A stretch of 64,000 nt of DNA from Anaeramoeba ignava BMAN (taxonomy: Eukaryota; Protista; Anaeramoebae), in contig JAPDFW010000033.1 of assembly GCA_028826165.1 (NCBI GenBank), forward strand, positions 558,001 through 622,000, in the 5' to 3' direction. Each line of letters begins with the position of its first letter. Position 1 is the stretch's first letter. Position numbers and translations under genes: made by a program. This document shows, piece by piece, positions 40,997 to 53,837 of the stretch. The notes under the pieces are model-generated. The model was not told where the DNA came from. It saw only the letters and a list, made by a program, of their open reading frames with translations, and made no database searches.

Positions 40997-43234
40997 ATGA
41001 CTGAAGATAATCCTTTAAAAATTGTTTTAATTGGAGGAGGATCAGGTGAGTTTATTTATAATTATTTAATTTATAAAACTTATTAACAAAAAATACAAAT
41101 AAACAACTAAAAAAATTTTCAAAAAAAAAAAAATTTTTTTTCGAACATTTTTAAATCAACTTTTAAATATAAATATTTAAATAAATCTAAATATAAAAAT
41201 AAATATAAATATAAATATAAATATAAATATAAAAATAAATATTTAAATAAATATAAATATAAATATAAATATAAATATAAATATAAATATAAATATAAAT
41301 ATAAATATAAATATAAATATAAATATAAATATAAATATAAATATAAATATAAATATAAATATAAATACAAATATTTAAAATATAAATATAAATATAAATA
41401 TAAATATAAATATAAATATAAATATAAATATAAATATAAATATAAAATATTCTTAAATATAAATATAAATATAAATATAAATATAAAAATAAATAAAATA
41501 TAAAATATAAATATAAATATAAATATAAATATAATTATAAATATAAATATAAATATAAATATAAAATATAAATATAAATATAAATATAAATATAAATATA
41601 AATATATAAACATAAATATAAAATATAAATATAAATATAAATATAAATATAAATATAAATATAAAATATAAATATAAATATAAATATAAAATAAAAATAT
41701 AAATATAAATAAAAATATAAATATAAATATAAAATAAAAATAAATATAAATATAAATATAAAAAAAATAAAAAAAAAATAAAAATAAATATAAATATAAA
41801 TATAAAATAAATATAAATATAAATATAAATTATAAATATAAATATAAATATATAAATATAAATATAAATATAAATATAAATATAAATATAAATATAAATA
41901 TAAATATAAATATAAATATAAATATAAATATAAATATAAATATAAATATAAATATAAATATAAATATAAATATTAAAATTAAAATTAATATTATATCTAA
42001 ATAGTTGGTAAATCTTGTTTAACTGCTCAATTTCTTCAAGGAAAATTTATTGAAGATTATGATCCAACAATTGGTAAATAAAAATAAGAATAAAAATAAC
42101 ACGAAAGAAATATCAAATTAAAAAAATTTTTTTAAAAAAAAAAGAGGAAAATTATAGAAAAGTTGTTAATATTGATGGAGAAGATACTCATTTAGAAATT
42201 ATTGATACAGCAGGACAAGAAGAATATCGTTCTGTTCGAGATAAAGTATTTATAAATTTAAATTAAAATTAAAATTAAAATTAAAATTAAAATTAAAATT
42301 AAAATTAAAATTAAAATTAATATTTAAAATTAAAATTAAAATTAAAATTTAAAATAATAAAGTATATTAAACTAGGAGAGGGTTTTATTATTGTTTTCAG
42401 TATTATTTCTCGAACCAGTTTTTTAGAAGCGAGAAATCTTCATGAAGCAATTAGAAGAGTTAATAATTTCCAAGCAGTACCAGTTATTACTGTTGCAAAT
42501 AAAGCAGGTTTGAATTATTTTTAGATTTTAAATTATAAATTATAAATTTTAAATTATAAATTTAAAAAATTTTAGATCTTGCTGATGAAAGATTAGTATC
42601 ACAAGAAGAAGGAGAAACATTAACTAAAAAATATTCAAGTTCTTATTATGAAACGTATCATTTTTAAAGCGAACAAAAAAATTGAATTTAATATTTAATT
42701 TATTATTTAATTTATTATTCAATTTAATATTTAATTTATTATTCAATTTATTATTCAATTTATTATTCAATTTATTATTTAATTTATTATTTAATTTATT
42801 ATTTAATTTATTATTTAATTTATTATTGAATTTATTATTTAATTTAATATTTAATTTATTATTTAATTTATTTTTATTATTTAACTAAATTTAATTTATT
42901 ATTTAATTTATTATTTAATTTATTATTTAATTTATTATTTAATTTATTATTTAATTTATTATTTAATTTATTATTTAATTTATTATTTAATTTATTATTT
43001 AATTTATTATTTAATTTATTATTTAATTTATTATTTAATTTATTATTTAATTTAATATTTAATTTATTATTTAATTTATTATTTAATAGTTCTGCTAAAA
43101 CAGGAATGAATGTAAATGCGTGCTTTGAAGAGATTATTAAACAAACAAAACTTTTTAGAAAAGAAAAGAGTGTAAAACCACAAGAACCATCAATTTATGA
43201 TGAAAAGAGTAAAGGATGTTGTTTGATTCTTTAA
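40997..43234 (+). CDS. Ras-family small GTPase with CAAX box, 6 exons
   Basis: GGGSVGKS, effector YDPTIE, DTAGQEE, ANKAD, ETSAK; C-terminus KGCCLIL*. Confidence 0.92.
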
Positions 43235-43354
43235 AACTCTTATTATCATTTTTTTTTCTTTTTAATCTCATTTTTCTTTTTTGATTTTTTTTTGATTTTT
43301 TTCCTTTTTTTTTTGCATGTTCTTCGTTTTGATTGCAACAAATTAAATTCTCAA

Positions 43355-44155
43355 TTTTAATCCAAATTTTTAATCCAAATTTTTAATCCAAATTTTTAAT
43401 CCAAATTTTTAATCCAAATTATGATTAAATTATTAATTAAATTATTAATTAAATTATTTATTAAATTATTAATTAAATTATTTATTAAATTATTTATTAA
43501 ATTATTAATTAAATTATTTATTAAATTATTAATTAAATTATTTATTAAATTATTGATTAAATTATTAATTAAATTATTGATTAAATTATTAATTAAATTA
43601 TTAATTAAATTATTGATTAAATTATTGATTAAATTATTAATTAAATTATTAATTAAATTATTTATTAAATTATTTATTAAATTATTGATTAAATTATTAA
43701 TTAAATTATTAATTAAATTATTATTAATTAAATTATTAATTAAATTATTTATTAAATTATTTATTAAATTATTGATTAAATTTTTGATTAAATTATTGAT
43801 TAAATTATTTATTAAATTATTGATTAAATTTTTGATTAAATTTTTTATTATATTATTTATTAAATTATGATTAAACTATTAATTAAATTATTTATCAAAT
43901 TATTTATTAAATTATTAATTAAATTATTGATTAAATTTTTGATTAAATTATTGATTAAATTATTTATTAAATTATTAATTAAATTTTTAATTAAATTATT
44001 GATTAAATTATTAATTAAATTATTGATTAAATTATTAATTAAATTATTAATTAAATTATTGATTAAATTATTAATTAAATTATTGATTAAATTATTGATT
44101 AAATTATTGATTAAATTATTAATTAAATTATTGATTAAATTTTTGATTAAATTTT
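43355..44155. repeat. 13-bp (AATCCAAATTTTT) then 12-bp (ATTAAATTATT[A/G/T]) tandem repeats between convergent genes
   Basis: Direct reading; produces the artefactual IKLL ORFs. Confidence 0.9.
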
Positions 44156-44373
44156 TTAATATATTTTTATTTCAATTTTTTCTTTTTCTTATTTGTTTCT
44201 CTTTTTCTTTTTTGTTTTTTTTTTGTTTTTGTTGTTGTTTCTGATTTAAGAAATTAACCAAAATCAAATCAATCAGAAATAAATTTGGATAAAAAAAAAA
44301 AAGAACAATTTAAGAAAATAAATACAAAACAAAGAAAAAAATCCCAAGTTAAAAAAAAAACAAAAGAAAGGAA

Positions 44374-47319
44374 TTAATAATCTCTAGAATAATTATTAAT
44401 CAAGGAATAATTTCTTTGTTGAGAAGTAAAAGAAGAATTTTGACGGGAATTAAATTTTAAAAGTTGAGAAGAATTGAAAGGAAGTTTTCTAGTTACACAT
44501 TCCAAAGGTTGAGGAAGAGGTTCATCTTTTCCTTCAATAAAATTATCAGGTGTTAAAAAAGAGTTCATTTCTTCAGCAAGAATGCCATATTTATTAGAAG
44601 TTCTTGGAATAAGCCATTTAATCAAACATTGTTGTTCTGATTGATCAAACGGCATAACAAACGCTTTTATTGTCCCGAATATCTCAAGTCCTCCTTCCAC
44701 TCTCATTCCTACACAATCTCCAATTTGGAGTGTTAAAATATTCCCGTTTTCTTCACTTTGGGTTTGTTCTTCTTGTTTTGTTAATTTGTTGTCTTGGCTA
44801 ATGTTTGTTTCTCTTCTTGTTTCCATATTTTCCATTCGATTAAAATTTCGCAAATTTTGATTTAAAGATTGATTTAAAGATTGATTTTGATTTAAATTTT
44901 GATTTAAATTTTGATTTTGATTTAAATTTTGATTTTGATTTAAATTTTGAATTGGATTTAAATTTTGATTTTGAATTGAATTTTGATTTTGAATTGGATT
45001 TAAATTTTGAATTGGATTTTGATTTTGATTTTGAATTGGATTTAAATTTTGAATTGGATTTAGATTTTGAATTGGATTTAAATTTTGAATTGGATTTTGA
45101 TTTTGATTTTGAATTGGATTTGAATTTTCATTGATTGTTTCGTTTTTTTCTGGTGATTCTCCATCCTTTTTTCCTTTTCCTTTTGTTTTTGTTTTGGTTT
45201 TTCCTCTTGTTTTTGCTTTTGCGTTTCCTCTTGTTTTTGCTCTGGTTTTTCCTCTTGTTTTTGTTTTTGCTTTTCCTCTTGTAATTGTTTTTGGTTTGGT
45301 ATTTGTTTCTTTATCCAATTCAGAATTAATAGCCTTATTTTTAAGTCCATTATTTGATTGATTTAATTCGTCATTTAATGATTGAAAAGAGTTTTTTTGT
45401 TCAATTTTCATATCATTTTGAAGTGGTATTTGTGGATTAATTAATTGGTTCATTTGATTGTTGAGTGGATTCTCTATTTGAGGTAATGGAACTAATGATA
45501 ACTCAGAAATTGCTCGATTTGTTGCTCTTCTTGTCATTATTTCATGTGGTTTTACTTCCACTATTTGTTTGGATTTACTTCGGGTTTTTGTCTTTTTTTT
45601 CTTTTTTTTCTTTTTTGATTTTGGATTTGCTTTGTTTTTTGATTTGGATTTTGATTTGGGTTTTGATTTTGATTTTGATTTTGATTTCTTATTGGATCTT
45701 GAAGATCGATTTTTAGAATTGTGTGATTTTTTGTTAACTTGAGAATCATTTTCATTTTCATTTTGATTTTCATTTTGATTTTCATTTTGATTTTGATTTT
45801 GATTTTCATTTTGATTTTGATTTTGATTTCCATTTTGATTTTGAATTTCATTTGCATTTTCATTTTCATTTTGATTTTGATTTTGAATTTCATTTGCATT
45901 TTGATTTTGATTTGAATTTTGATTTTGATTTGAATTTTGAATTTCATCAATTTTCGAAACATTTAATTGTGAATTCAATTCTGCTTTTTTATCAATACTG
46001 AAGATCGTCTGATTATTTTTTTCAGGATAATTTTCATTCAGAAGAGAATTTGTATTTGATGTTTGATTGAGTTGAGAATTTAGATTGATATTGTTTTGAG
46101 TAGGAATTGAACCGTTTTTTAATTTGGAAAAATCTTGTGTAACTTCTTGTGTTTTTTGGGTATTTTGCTGAGAATTATTATCCAAATCAAGCAAATTTCC
46201 TTGTTGAATTTGTGGACTAATTGTTGTGCTATTCTTTGAATTGCTGGATTTATTGGAATTGCTTGTGTTATTTGTTGGATTAGTATAGTTGACATTGTTT
46301 GGATTGGGAGTGTTAGCATTCAGAGTTGAATCTGTACTGTGATGATTATGTTTGTTGGGATGATTTGCGGGGTCCAAAGGCCGAGAAACAGAAGAAATGA
46401 TTGATTGAAGCTTGGAAAATTTTTCTTGGTCTTGTTGAGACTGGCCATTTTGCCGATAAAACATTTCCGAGTTCATTTTGGTTCCTGAAATCCCCAACAT
46501 GATCTTTCGGTCTTCTTGACCCAATTTCTCGATTTGCTTTTTCAGTTCCTGGTCTTCGAATTTAGAATCCATTATATTCAAAAAAGACAACGGATTAGAA
46601 TCGTTTTGGAAAAGTGCAGATTCAATTTGGAGGTTTGTTTGAGCTTCGTTTGTATTTAAATCAAAAGAATTGCTTTGGGAATTTTGACTATTAGTTGGGT
46701 TGTTATGAGAATTTTTTGCTTTTGCCGGATTTTCCGTTATAAATGAAGAGTTTTGCAGATTCGCAAATTCACTTTTCAATGTTTCTTCAACACCGTCAAC
46801 AGTCATTTCTTGGAAGGGCGAATAAAACTTTCCCTGTTCTTTCTGAGGAAGAGATTGGTGGTGCGAAGAGTCTTTTCTCAGTTGGGAATTTTCTTCGAGA
46901 TCATCAGCATTTCGAGGAAAATCTGGTTTTGGATTATCTGTTTTTTGAGTTTCTTGATTTTCTTGGTTTTCTTGATAAACATTTGAGGACTTTGAATTTG
47001 CATTTTGGTTGCTATTAGAGCTGCGGGAATTTCTGCGTGATTTGTGCTGCGACTTTTTCTTCTCATTCGTTGTAACGTTTGCGTTGTTATTTTCCTTCTT
47101 TGTTTTTGGTTTCTTAATTTTTTCTTCACTGGGTTCAATTTGTGACGAAACTCTTTTGGATTTTGAGTTGCGTTTGCCTACAGGTCGATCTCTGTTGTGG
47201 CGCCGCTTATAAACAGCGCATGCATTGCAGTAATATTTATCATCAATTTTGCGCCAAAGTGGAGTTTTTGTGGCTCCACAAGAAACATTTGAACATTTAA
47301 TATTAGGATTTGTGTCCAT
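44374..47319 (-). CDS. GATA zinc-finger protein, GATAD1-like
   Basis: N-terminal CSNVSCGATKTPLWRK...CNAC. C-terminal LQIGDCV...IKWLIP...PDNFIEGKDEPLPQPLE resembles the GATAD1 C-terminal domain (recalled similarity). Long N/Q/K-rich middle region. Confidence 0.8.
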   Translation of the reverse strand: MDTNPNIKCSNVSCGATKTPLWRKIDDKYYCNACAVYKRRHNRDRPVGKRNSKSKRVSSQIEPSEEKIKKPKTKKENNNANVTTNEKKKSQHKSRRNSRSSNSNQNANSKSSNVYQENQENQETQKTDNPKPDFPRNADDLEENSQLRKDSSHHQSLPQKEQGKFYSPFQEMTVDGVEETLKSEFANLQNSSFITENPAKAKNSHNNPTNSQNSQSNSFDLNTNEAQTNLQIESALFQNDSNPLSFLNIMDSKFEDQELKKQIEKLGQEDRKIMLGISGTKMNSEMFYRQNGQSQQDQEKFSKLQSIISSVSRPLDPANHPNKHNHHSTDSTLNANTPNPNNVNYTNPTNNTSNSNKSSNSKNSTTISPQIQQGNLLDLDNNSQQNTQKTQEVTQDFSKLKNGSIPTQNNINLNSQLNQTSNTNSLLNENYPEKNNQTIFSIDKKAELNSQLNVSKIDEIQNSNQNQNSNQNQNANEIQNQNQNENENANEIQNQNGNQNQNQNENQNQNQNENQNENQNENENDSQVNKKSHNSKNRSSRSNKKSKSKSKSKPKSKSKSKNKANPKSKKKKKKKKTKTRSKSKQIVEVKPHEIMTRRATNRAISELSLVPLPQIENPLNNQMNQLINPQIPLQNDMKIEQKNSFQSLNDELNQSNNGLKNKAINSELDKETNTKPKTITRGKAKTKTRGKTRAKTRGNAKAKTRGKTKTKTKGKGKKDGESPEKNETINENSNPIQNQNQNPIQNLNPIQNLNPIQNLNPIQNQNQNPIQNLNPIQNQNSIQNQNLNPIQNLNQNQNLNQNQNLNQNLNQNQSLNQSLNQNLRNFNRMENMETRRETNISQDNKLTKQEEQTQSEENGNILTLQIGDCVGMRVEGGLEIFGTIKAFVMPFDQSEQQCLIKWLIPRTSNKYGILAEEMNSFLTPDNFIEGKDEPLPQPLECVTRKLPFNSSQLLKFNSRQNSSFTSQQRNYSLINNYSRDY

Positions 47320-47965
47320 CGATTTTGTTTCTGTTTTTCTCGAACGTTTCTGTTTATTAGGGTTTTTAGTATTAAGTCAGTTTTGTTCGTTTTGTTTTTT
47401 TATTTTTTTTTTTGATTATTTTTTTTTTTTTTTTACATTTTTTTTTTTAATCTTTTTTTTTGTTTAAAAAAGTTTTGATAGTTTGAAAAGTTGGTTTGTT
47501 TGTTTGTTTGTTTGTTTTTTTGTTTTTTTTGGTTTTAGGAAAAAAAGTTTTACAAAAAAAAATAAGAAGAGAAAAAGAAGAGAAAGAAAAAAAAAAGAGT
47601 AAAATAACAATAAAAATAATAAAAAGAAAATGAGAAAAAAAAAATGGAAAGAGAAAAAAAATGAAAAAAAAAAAAATTATTTTTTTTAAATTAAAAAATG
47701 ATTTAGCAAAAATAAAAAAAAATAAAATTAAATTAAATGGAGAAAAATTTATTTCTTTTTTTTTTTTCTCCATTTAAAAAAAAATTCTTTTCTTCTTTTT
47801 AATATCTCTCTTTATAATCTTTTTTCATTTTCATTTTTCTTGATCTTTTTTTATAATCTTTTTTTATTTTTTATTTTTTTTATTTTTCTAAATCTTAAAT
47901 TAAATATTAATTAAAAGTCCACTTTTTTTTTTCTTCTTTTTTTTTTTTTTTAAAATTAAATAAAT

Positions 47966-50900
47966 TCATTTTAAATTCATTTGTTCTTTTAACCAAGGAA
48001 AAAATTTCTTTAAAAATTCTAAAATATAATTCCAATCCAAAAATTCATTCGTATTTTCTTCAGGAAATTCAAGTAAATTCATTTGATTCATAACAAGAAT
48101 AATATTCTTAAAAAGATCACAAATTTGCTTTTTTGATTCTTCTTCTTTTTCTTTATCAATTAATATTTTTGTAATTTGAAGAATTTTAAACCATAAAATA
48201 TTAAATTGATTTTTTGAAGATGAAACTTGAATAATATTTTGAAGAAAAACCTCCAAAGATAAAGAAAATGCTTGTTTTTTTGTGATTGCGAAATTTTCCA
48301 GTTGATTTTGACTTGAATTAATTAAATCATCCAATAAAGGAAACAGTATTTTTTCAAAGCAAATATACCAAATATTTGGAGTGAAAAAAATTGTCTCATT
48401 GCTTAATAATATTCTTGAAGTGTATCTTATTGATTCAGTCCGAATATCAATATTATCATGATGTCCTAATACTCGGAAATGCTGTAGAAATGGTTCCCAA
48501 TAAATTGAAAATTCTTTTTCTTTTGATAATTTCATTCTCGAATTATTTCCTTTTGATTTTTGATTCTTGAAATCTGAAAGCAGAAAAACATGCAAATTAT
48601 AAATCATTCCAATCGCTTTTATTCTTTGTGAAGCTTGTATATTCTCACTTGTTGCAAATCCATAAAGTGTTGAAACAATAACGTCTGTGAAATTTTCCGA
48701 ATGAATAAAACTCATATTTTTTTCTGTTTTGTTTGCATCTTCATAAATATTGTGCAATATTTTCTTCCCAATAATTTCAAATCCAATTTCTGTTGAGTCT
48801 CGATAATTTAATGCAATTTCAATAAGCAAAAAAATAACTTCCCAATCTTTTGAACTTTGAATATTTTTTGAATATTTATCAATAATATTTTGGAATCCAA
48901 TCAAAAATTTTCGATAAATTTTGGATCGAAATGAATCAGGAAGTGTAAACATAATTTTCAAAAAGGAAAGAACATCGCTCACTAAGTTATTGATATCCAG
49001 AAGATTTTCACATAATTTAATTTGGTTTGCCACAACTCTTTCAAGAAAAAATTGTGATTTTTTGGGAGAATTGAAAATTGATAAAAGTAAGTTTCTTGTT
49101 GAAATCCAAATTGTTTCAATTCTGAATTTGTTTTCTAATAAAATCCTGATAAACATTTCAAACAAAAACACCTTTTCATTTTCAGAGAGTTGTTGCTGAT
49201 TTTCAAAAACCACAGATTCATTTGGAGTATTTCTCAAATTTTCTTTTTCTGTTGATCCAATAATTCTCTTTGTAATGATTCCAAATAATAAAATTAAGTT
49301 TTCATTTGAGAGAGATTTTGAACTTTTAAAAATGGATGATATTTTGGAATTTTTGATAAAATTTGCTCGAATTTCATCTTCAATTTTTTGTTTTTCTAAA
49401 GTACTTTCTGAAAGGATAGAAAAGCCAAGATATTGTGAAAACAATCCAAAAATTGATGATCTATTGGGAACATCGATTGAGTTTGATCGTGATTTTGGAT
49501 GTTTTTTGGACTGATGTGTTGATAATTTTGGTGAATTTTCTAAAGATTTGGCTTTTTCTGTTTCTTTTGTTTTTAATTTTTCATCAATTGTTTTTTTCTC
49601 TTGATTTATAACTAAATTTTCTGTTTGTTCAACAAACTCAAAATCTTCAATAACAACCATTTCTTCAGGTAATAAATTCAATTCGAAAAGAAGTAAAATG
49701 GAATTGATAATCATTTCCCAAGTTTCAGGTAAAATGGAATTAATAATATGATTGATAATTTTGAAGTAGTTGATAATGATATTTTGGTTTGTTTGACTTA
49801 ATATTTGAAAATTTGGCATTTTAGAAGTATTAAAAATGGATTTTTCAGCAATAACTTTTAATATATAATTAACTGGTTCTTTCATTTCTAAAGAATGTGA
49901 AATGTAGCAAAAAGAATAACAACTTTCCAAATATTTTTCCAATCTTTGATCTTGTTCACTTTTTTCCAATACTAAAATTTAAAATTTAAAATTTAAAAAA
50001 TTAAAATTAAATTTTTCTTATTAATAATAATTTTCATACTTATTGAAATGAATTTGAGAAAATAATTAATCAATTCCGCAAAAAGATCTTTGTCATAATC
50101 AAATGTTTCTTTGGTTTCAAAAAAATCAAAGCAATGGTAATTCATTTCCCAAATATTTTCTTCATCAAAAACTGGATATTCCTCTTTTCTTTTTGGTTGA
50201 ATATTATTCAATAAATTTATCCAATAACTCCAATTAAATCCTTTTGAATCAATCAAGACTTGATTTGCAGGATCTGCTCCCATTCTAATTTCACAATTTT
50301 GAATAGAATCATACAAATTACTCAACAAATTAGGATCTATATTTTCACCATTATTTAAATTTCTGTGATTCTTAATAAATTCCTCTTTTTTCATTTTTCT
50401 TTTGATACTTGAACTAAATAAATCAGTGTTAAGCATAATAACTGAATAGCACAAAACACAAACAACATCTCTTGAAAAAACAATTTCCGAGATATCAGTA
50501 TCCTGATAAATCTTTGTTGAGAATGCTTCCAAAATTCTTTCTATAAGTTGTGATTCTCCAATTAATCTGAAAGTGGATAAAAATGTTCTTATTGATTGAA
50601 TAAATGAAAATCCTTTGAAATTAAATGTATCAACAAATTCTGTTAATACTTCCTTATTTTTTCTTTTGCCAATAAAATCTGTGATGAATTGTTTATTTAA
50701 GTCGTGAAGAGTTCTAAATAAAATTGCAATTTCTTTTGGTGTTTTTTCTTTTGAAATGATATTTTTCTGTTGAAGAATCTCAATTCCTTTATTAAAATCA
50801 TTTTTCAAAATTGATGAAGCTTGAAATAATATTTTTTTCAATTCTCTTCTTTTGGAGAGAAAATTTATATTTAAATTTATATTTTTTAATTGATTTTTTA

Positions 50901-52368
50901 ATTGATTTTTTAATTGATTTTTATTTTGATTTTGATTTTGATTTTGATTTTGAAATCTTTTTGATAATTGTTTAATAATAAATAATAAAGTATCAAAAGC
51001 AAGAAATTGAATTTTCGAAATTGATTGTTGATCTTGTTTGATTTTCTAAATTAATTCAAAAAAATTAAAATAAATTAAATTAAATATTTTTTTTTCTGTT
51101 GATAAATTATAAAGAAAACTAACATTAATAAGTAAAGTAAATAAAGTTTCAATAATATTTGTGCATTGGATATCACTATCATAATTCACAAAAATGTTCT
51201 GAAGAAATCCATCTAAAGAAACAACTTCACGAATGAAATTATGAACAAGTTCTATTGCAAAAACATCTTTTGAATTTTCTAAAATTGCAAGAATAAGTCT
51301 AAATAAAGTTCCTGTTTGAAGTTTAAGATTTTTCCAAGAATATTGAAACAACAAAAAAACAATGCGAAAAATCAACGAAAGAGTTGAAATTTGATCTGTG
51401 TTGATATTCATTATCAAATATCTCGATAAATCATCTTGTGTAATATGTCTTAATTCAGAAAATTCACATATTTTTTCTTGACTAATTTCCAATATCAAAA
51501 TTAATAACTGCAAAGTTTCATTAAGAAATGAATTATTTTTTGATTCAATTTCAGGATTAATCATTGTGCATAAAAACCTGTAAATTTCACACAAAGATTG
51601 GTATTGCAAAATATCTGGTTCAGCTTCATTTTTGTCTTCATGGAAAATGAAACTGTTTTGGAATGGGTTTTCTTGTTTTTCAATCTGTATTTGTTTAAGT
51701 GTTTGAATTGAATTTCTTTTTGAAATTTGATTAAGTGATTGATTTGATTGATTTCCATTTCTAAAATTTGAAAATAAAATTGTAAGAATTTCCGACAAAG
51801 AATCATAAGATATTTTTCTGAGTAAATTTGAAACAACAGGTTGATAAAAGATTCTAAAGCAAGTTTGAAGCATTTCAATGATGATTTGATGATCAAGAAA
51901 TTTGATTGAAGGAACATAAAAAATATTGAGAATAGTTTTGATAATATTCATCAACACAACTTCATCCTGTTGAACATCAGTTGGTTGAAACTTGCAATTT
52001 GCAACTATTATTGCTGTTTTTGATAATACATAATTGGATTCCTTTGTTGGTAATTTTGGAAAAAAATACTTCAAATAGCAAGAAATTGCATTAAGTGATG
52101 CATTGATTATTAATCCACTTGATTCACTTGTTGATATTATTATAAGAAAAGGTTGAAAAAATCTTTTTAATGGAAGTGTTGATGGATTTTTTTGAAATGA
52201 TTCAATGTTTGAAATTATTAAGTTATGTAATTGTGTTATATTTTCAATATGTGTTTCTTTTTCATTTTCTAATGTTCTATATCTTGTATTTTGTCTCATT
52301 ATTGAAAGAACTTTATTTATTTCATGACAAAGAAGATAAATATTATTTTCTTCTTTATAATTTTGCAT
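47966..52368 (-). CDS. GBF1: Large Sec7-domain ARF-GEF, GBF1/Gea-like; 3 exons
   Basis: DCB region (CKFQPTDVQQDEVVLMNI), HUS box FVNYDSD, Sec7 FRLIGESQLIERILEAF and LCYSVIMLNTDL, HDS regions. Confidence 0.85.
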
Positions 52369-52479
52369 TTTTAATTAAAATGAAAATGAAAATGAAAAAA
52401 ATGAAAAAAATTTTTTCATTTTATTATTTTATTTTTGGATTTTTCAATTTTGATTTTTTCAATTTTAATATTGAATTAA

Positions 52480-53830
52480 ATTTTGAATTGAATTGAATTG
52501 GATTGATTTAAATTAAATTGAATTTTGAATATTAAATTTTAAATTGAATTGAATTGAATTAAATTAAATTTTGAATTAAATTGAATTGAATATTGAATTA
52601 AATTGAATTGAATTGAATATTAAATTGAATTTTGAATTGTATATTGAATTAAATATTGAATTTTGAATTGAATTTTGAATTAAATTAAATTGAATTGATT
52701 TGATTTGATTTGAATTAAATTGAATATTAAATTGAATTGAATTGAATTAAATTGAATTGAATTGAATTGAATTGAATTGAATTAAATTGAATTGAATTGA
52801 ATATTGAATTGAATTGAATTGAATATTGAATTGAAAATTGAATTGAATATTGAATTAAATATTGAATTGAATTAAATTAAATTGAATTAAATTGAATTTT
52901 GAATTAAATTGAATTGAATTGAATTAAATTTTGAATTAAATTGAATTGAATTAAATTGAATTAAATTAAATTTTGAATTAAATTGAATTGAATTGAATAT
53001 TAAATTGAATTTTGAATTGAATTAAATTAAATATTAAATTTTGAATTAAATTGAATATTGAATTGAATGTTGAATTTTGAATTGAATTTTGAATTAAATT
53101 AAATTGAATTGAATATTGAATTGAATTGAATTAAATTGAATTGAATATTGAATTAAATATTGAATTTTGAATTGAAATATTAAATTGAATTGAATTTTGA
53201 ATTTAAATTGAATATTGAATTAAATTGAATTTTAAATTGAATATTGAATATTGAATTAAATTAAATTGAATTTTAAATTGAATATTAAATTGAATTTTGA
53301 ATTAAATTAAATTGAATTTTGAATTGAATTTTGAATTGAATTGAATATTGAATTGAATTTTGAATTGAATTGAATATTGAATTAAATTGAATTTTGAATT
53401 GAATTGAATATTGAATTAAATTGAATTTTGAATTGAATTGAATATTGAATTAAATTGAATTGAATTGAATTAAATTGAATTAAATTGAATTTTGAATTTA
53501 AATTGAATTTTGAATTTTGAATTTTGAATTTTGAATTAAATTGAATTGAATTGAATTTTGAATTGAATTTTGAATTGAATATTAAATTGAATTGAATTAA
53601 ATTGAATTGAATTGAATTAAATTGAATTGAATTGAATTGATTTGATTTGATTTGAATTGAATTTTGAATATTGAATTTTGAATTGAATTTTGAATTGAAT
53701 ATTGAATTTTGAATTGAATTAAATTAAATTGAATTGAATTTTGAATTGAATTGAATTTTGAATTGAATTGAATTTTGAATTGAATTGAATTTTGAATTGA
53801 ATTGAATTTTGAATTGAATTGAATATTTAA
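52480..53830. repeat. (TTGAA)n / (TTGAATT)n satellite, intergenic
   Basis: Direct reading. Confidence 0.9.
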
Positions 53831-53837
53831 TTTGGAT

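Noticed and set aside
52480-53830. (TTGAA)n as telomeric or centromeric repeat
   Set aside because: Degenerate, internal, flanked by ordinary genes, and similar in kind to the other local A/T satellites.
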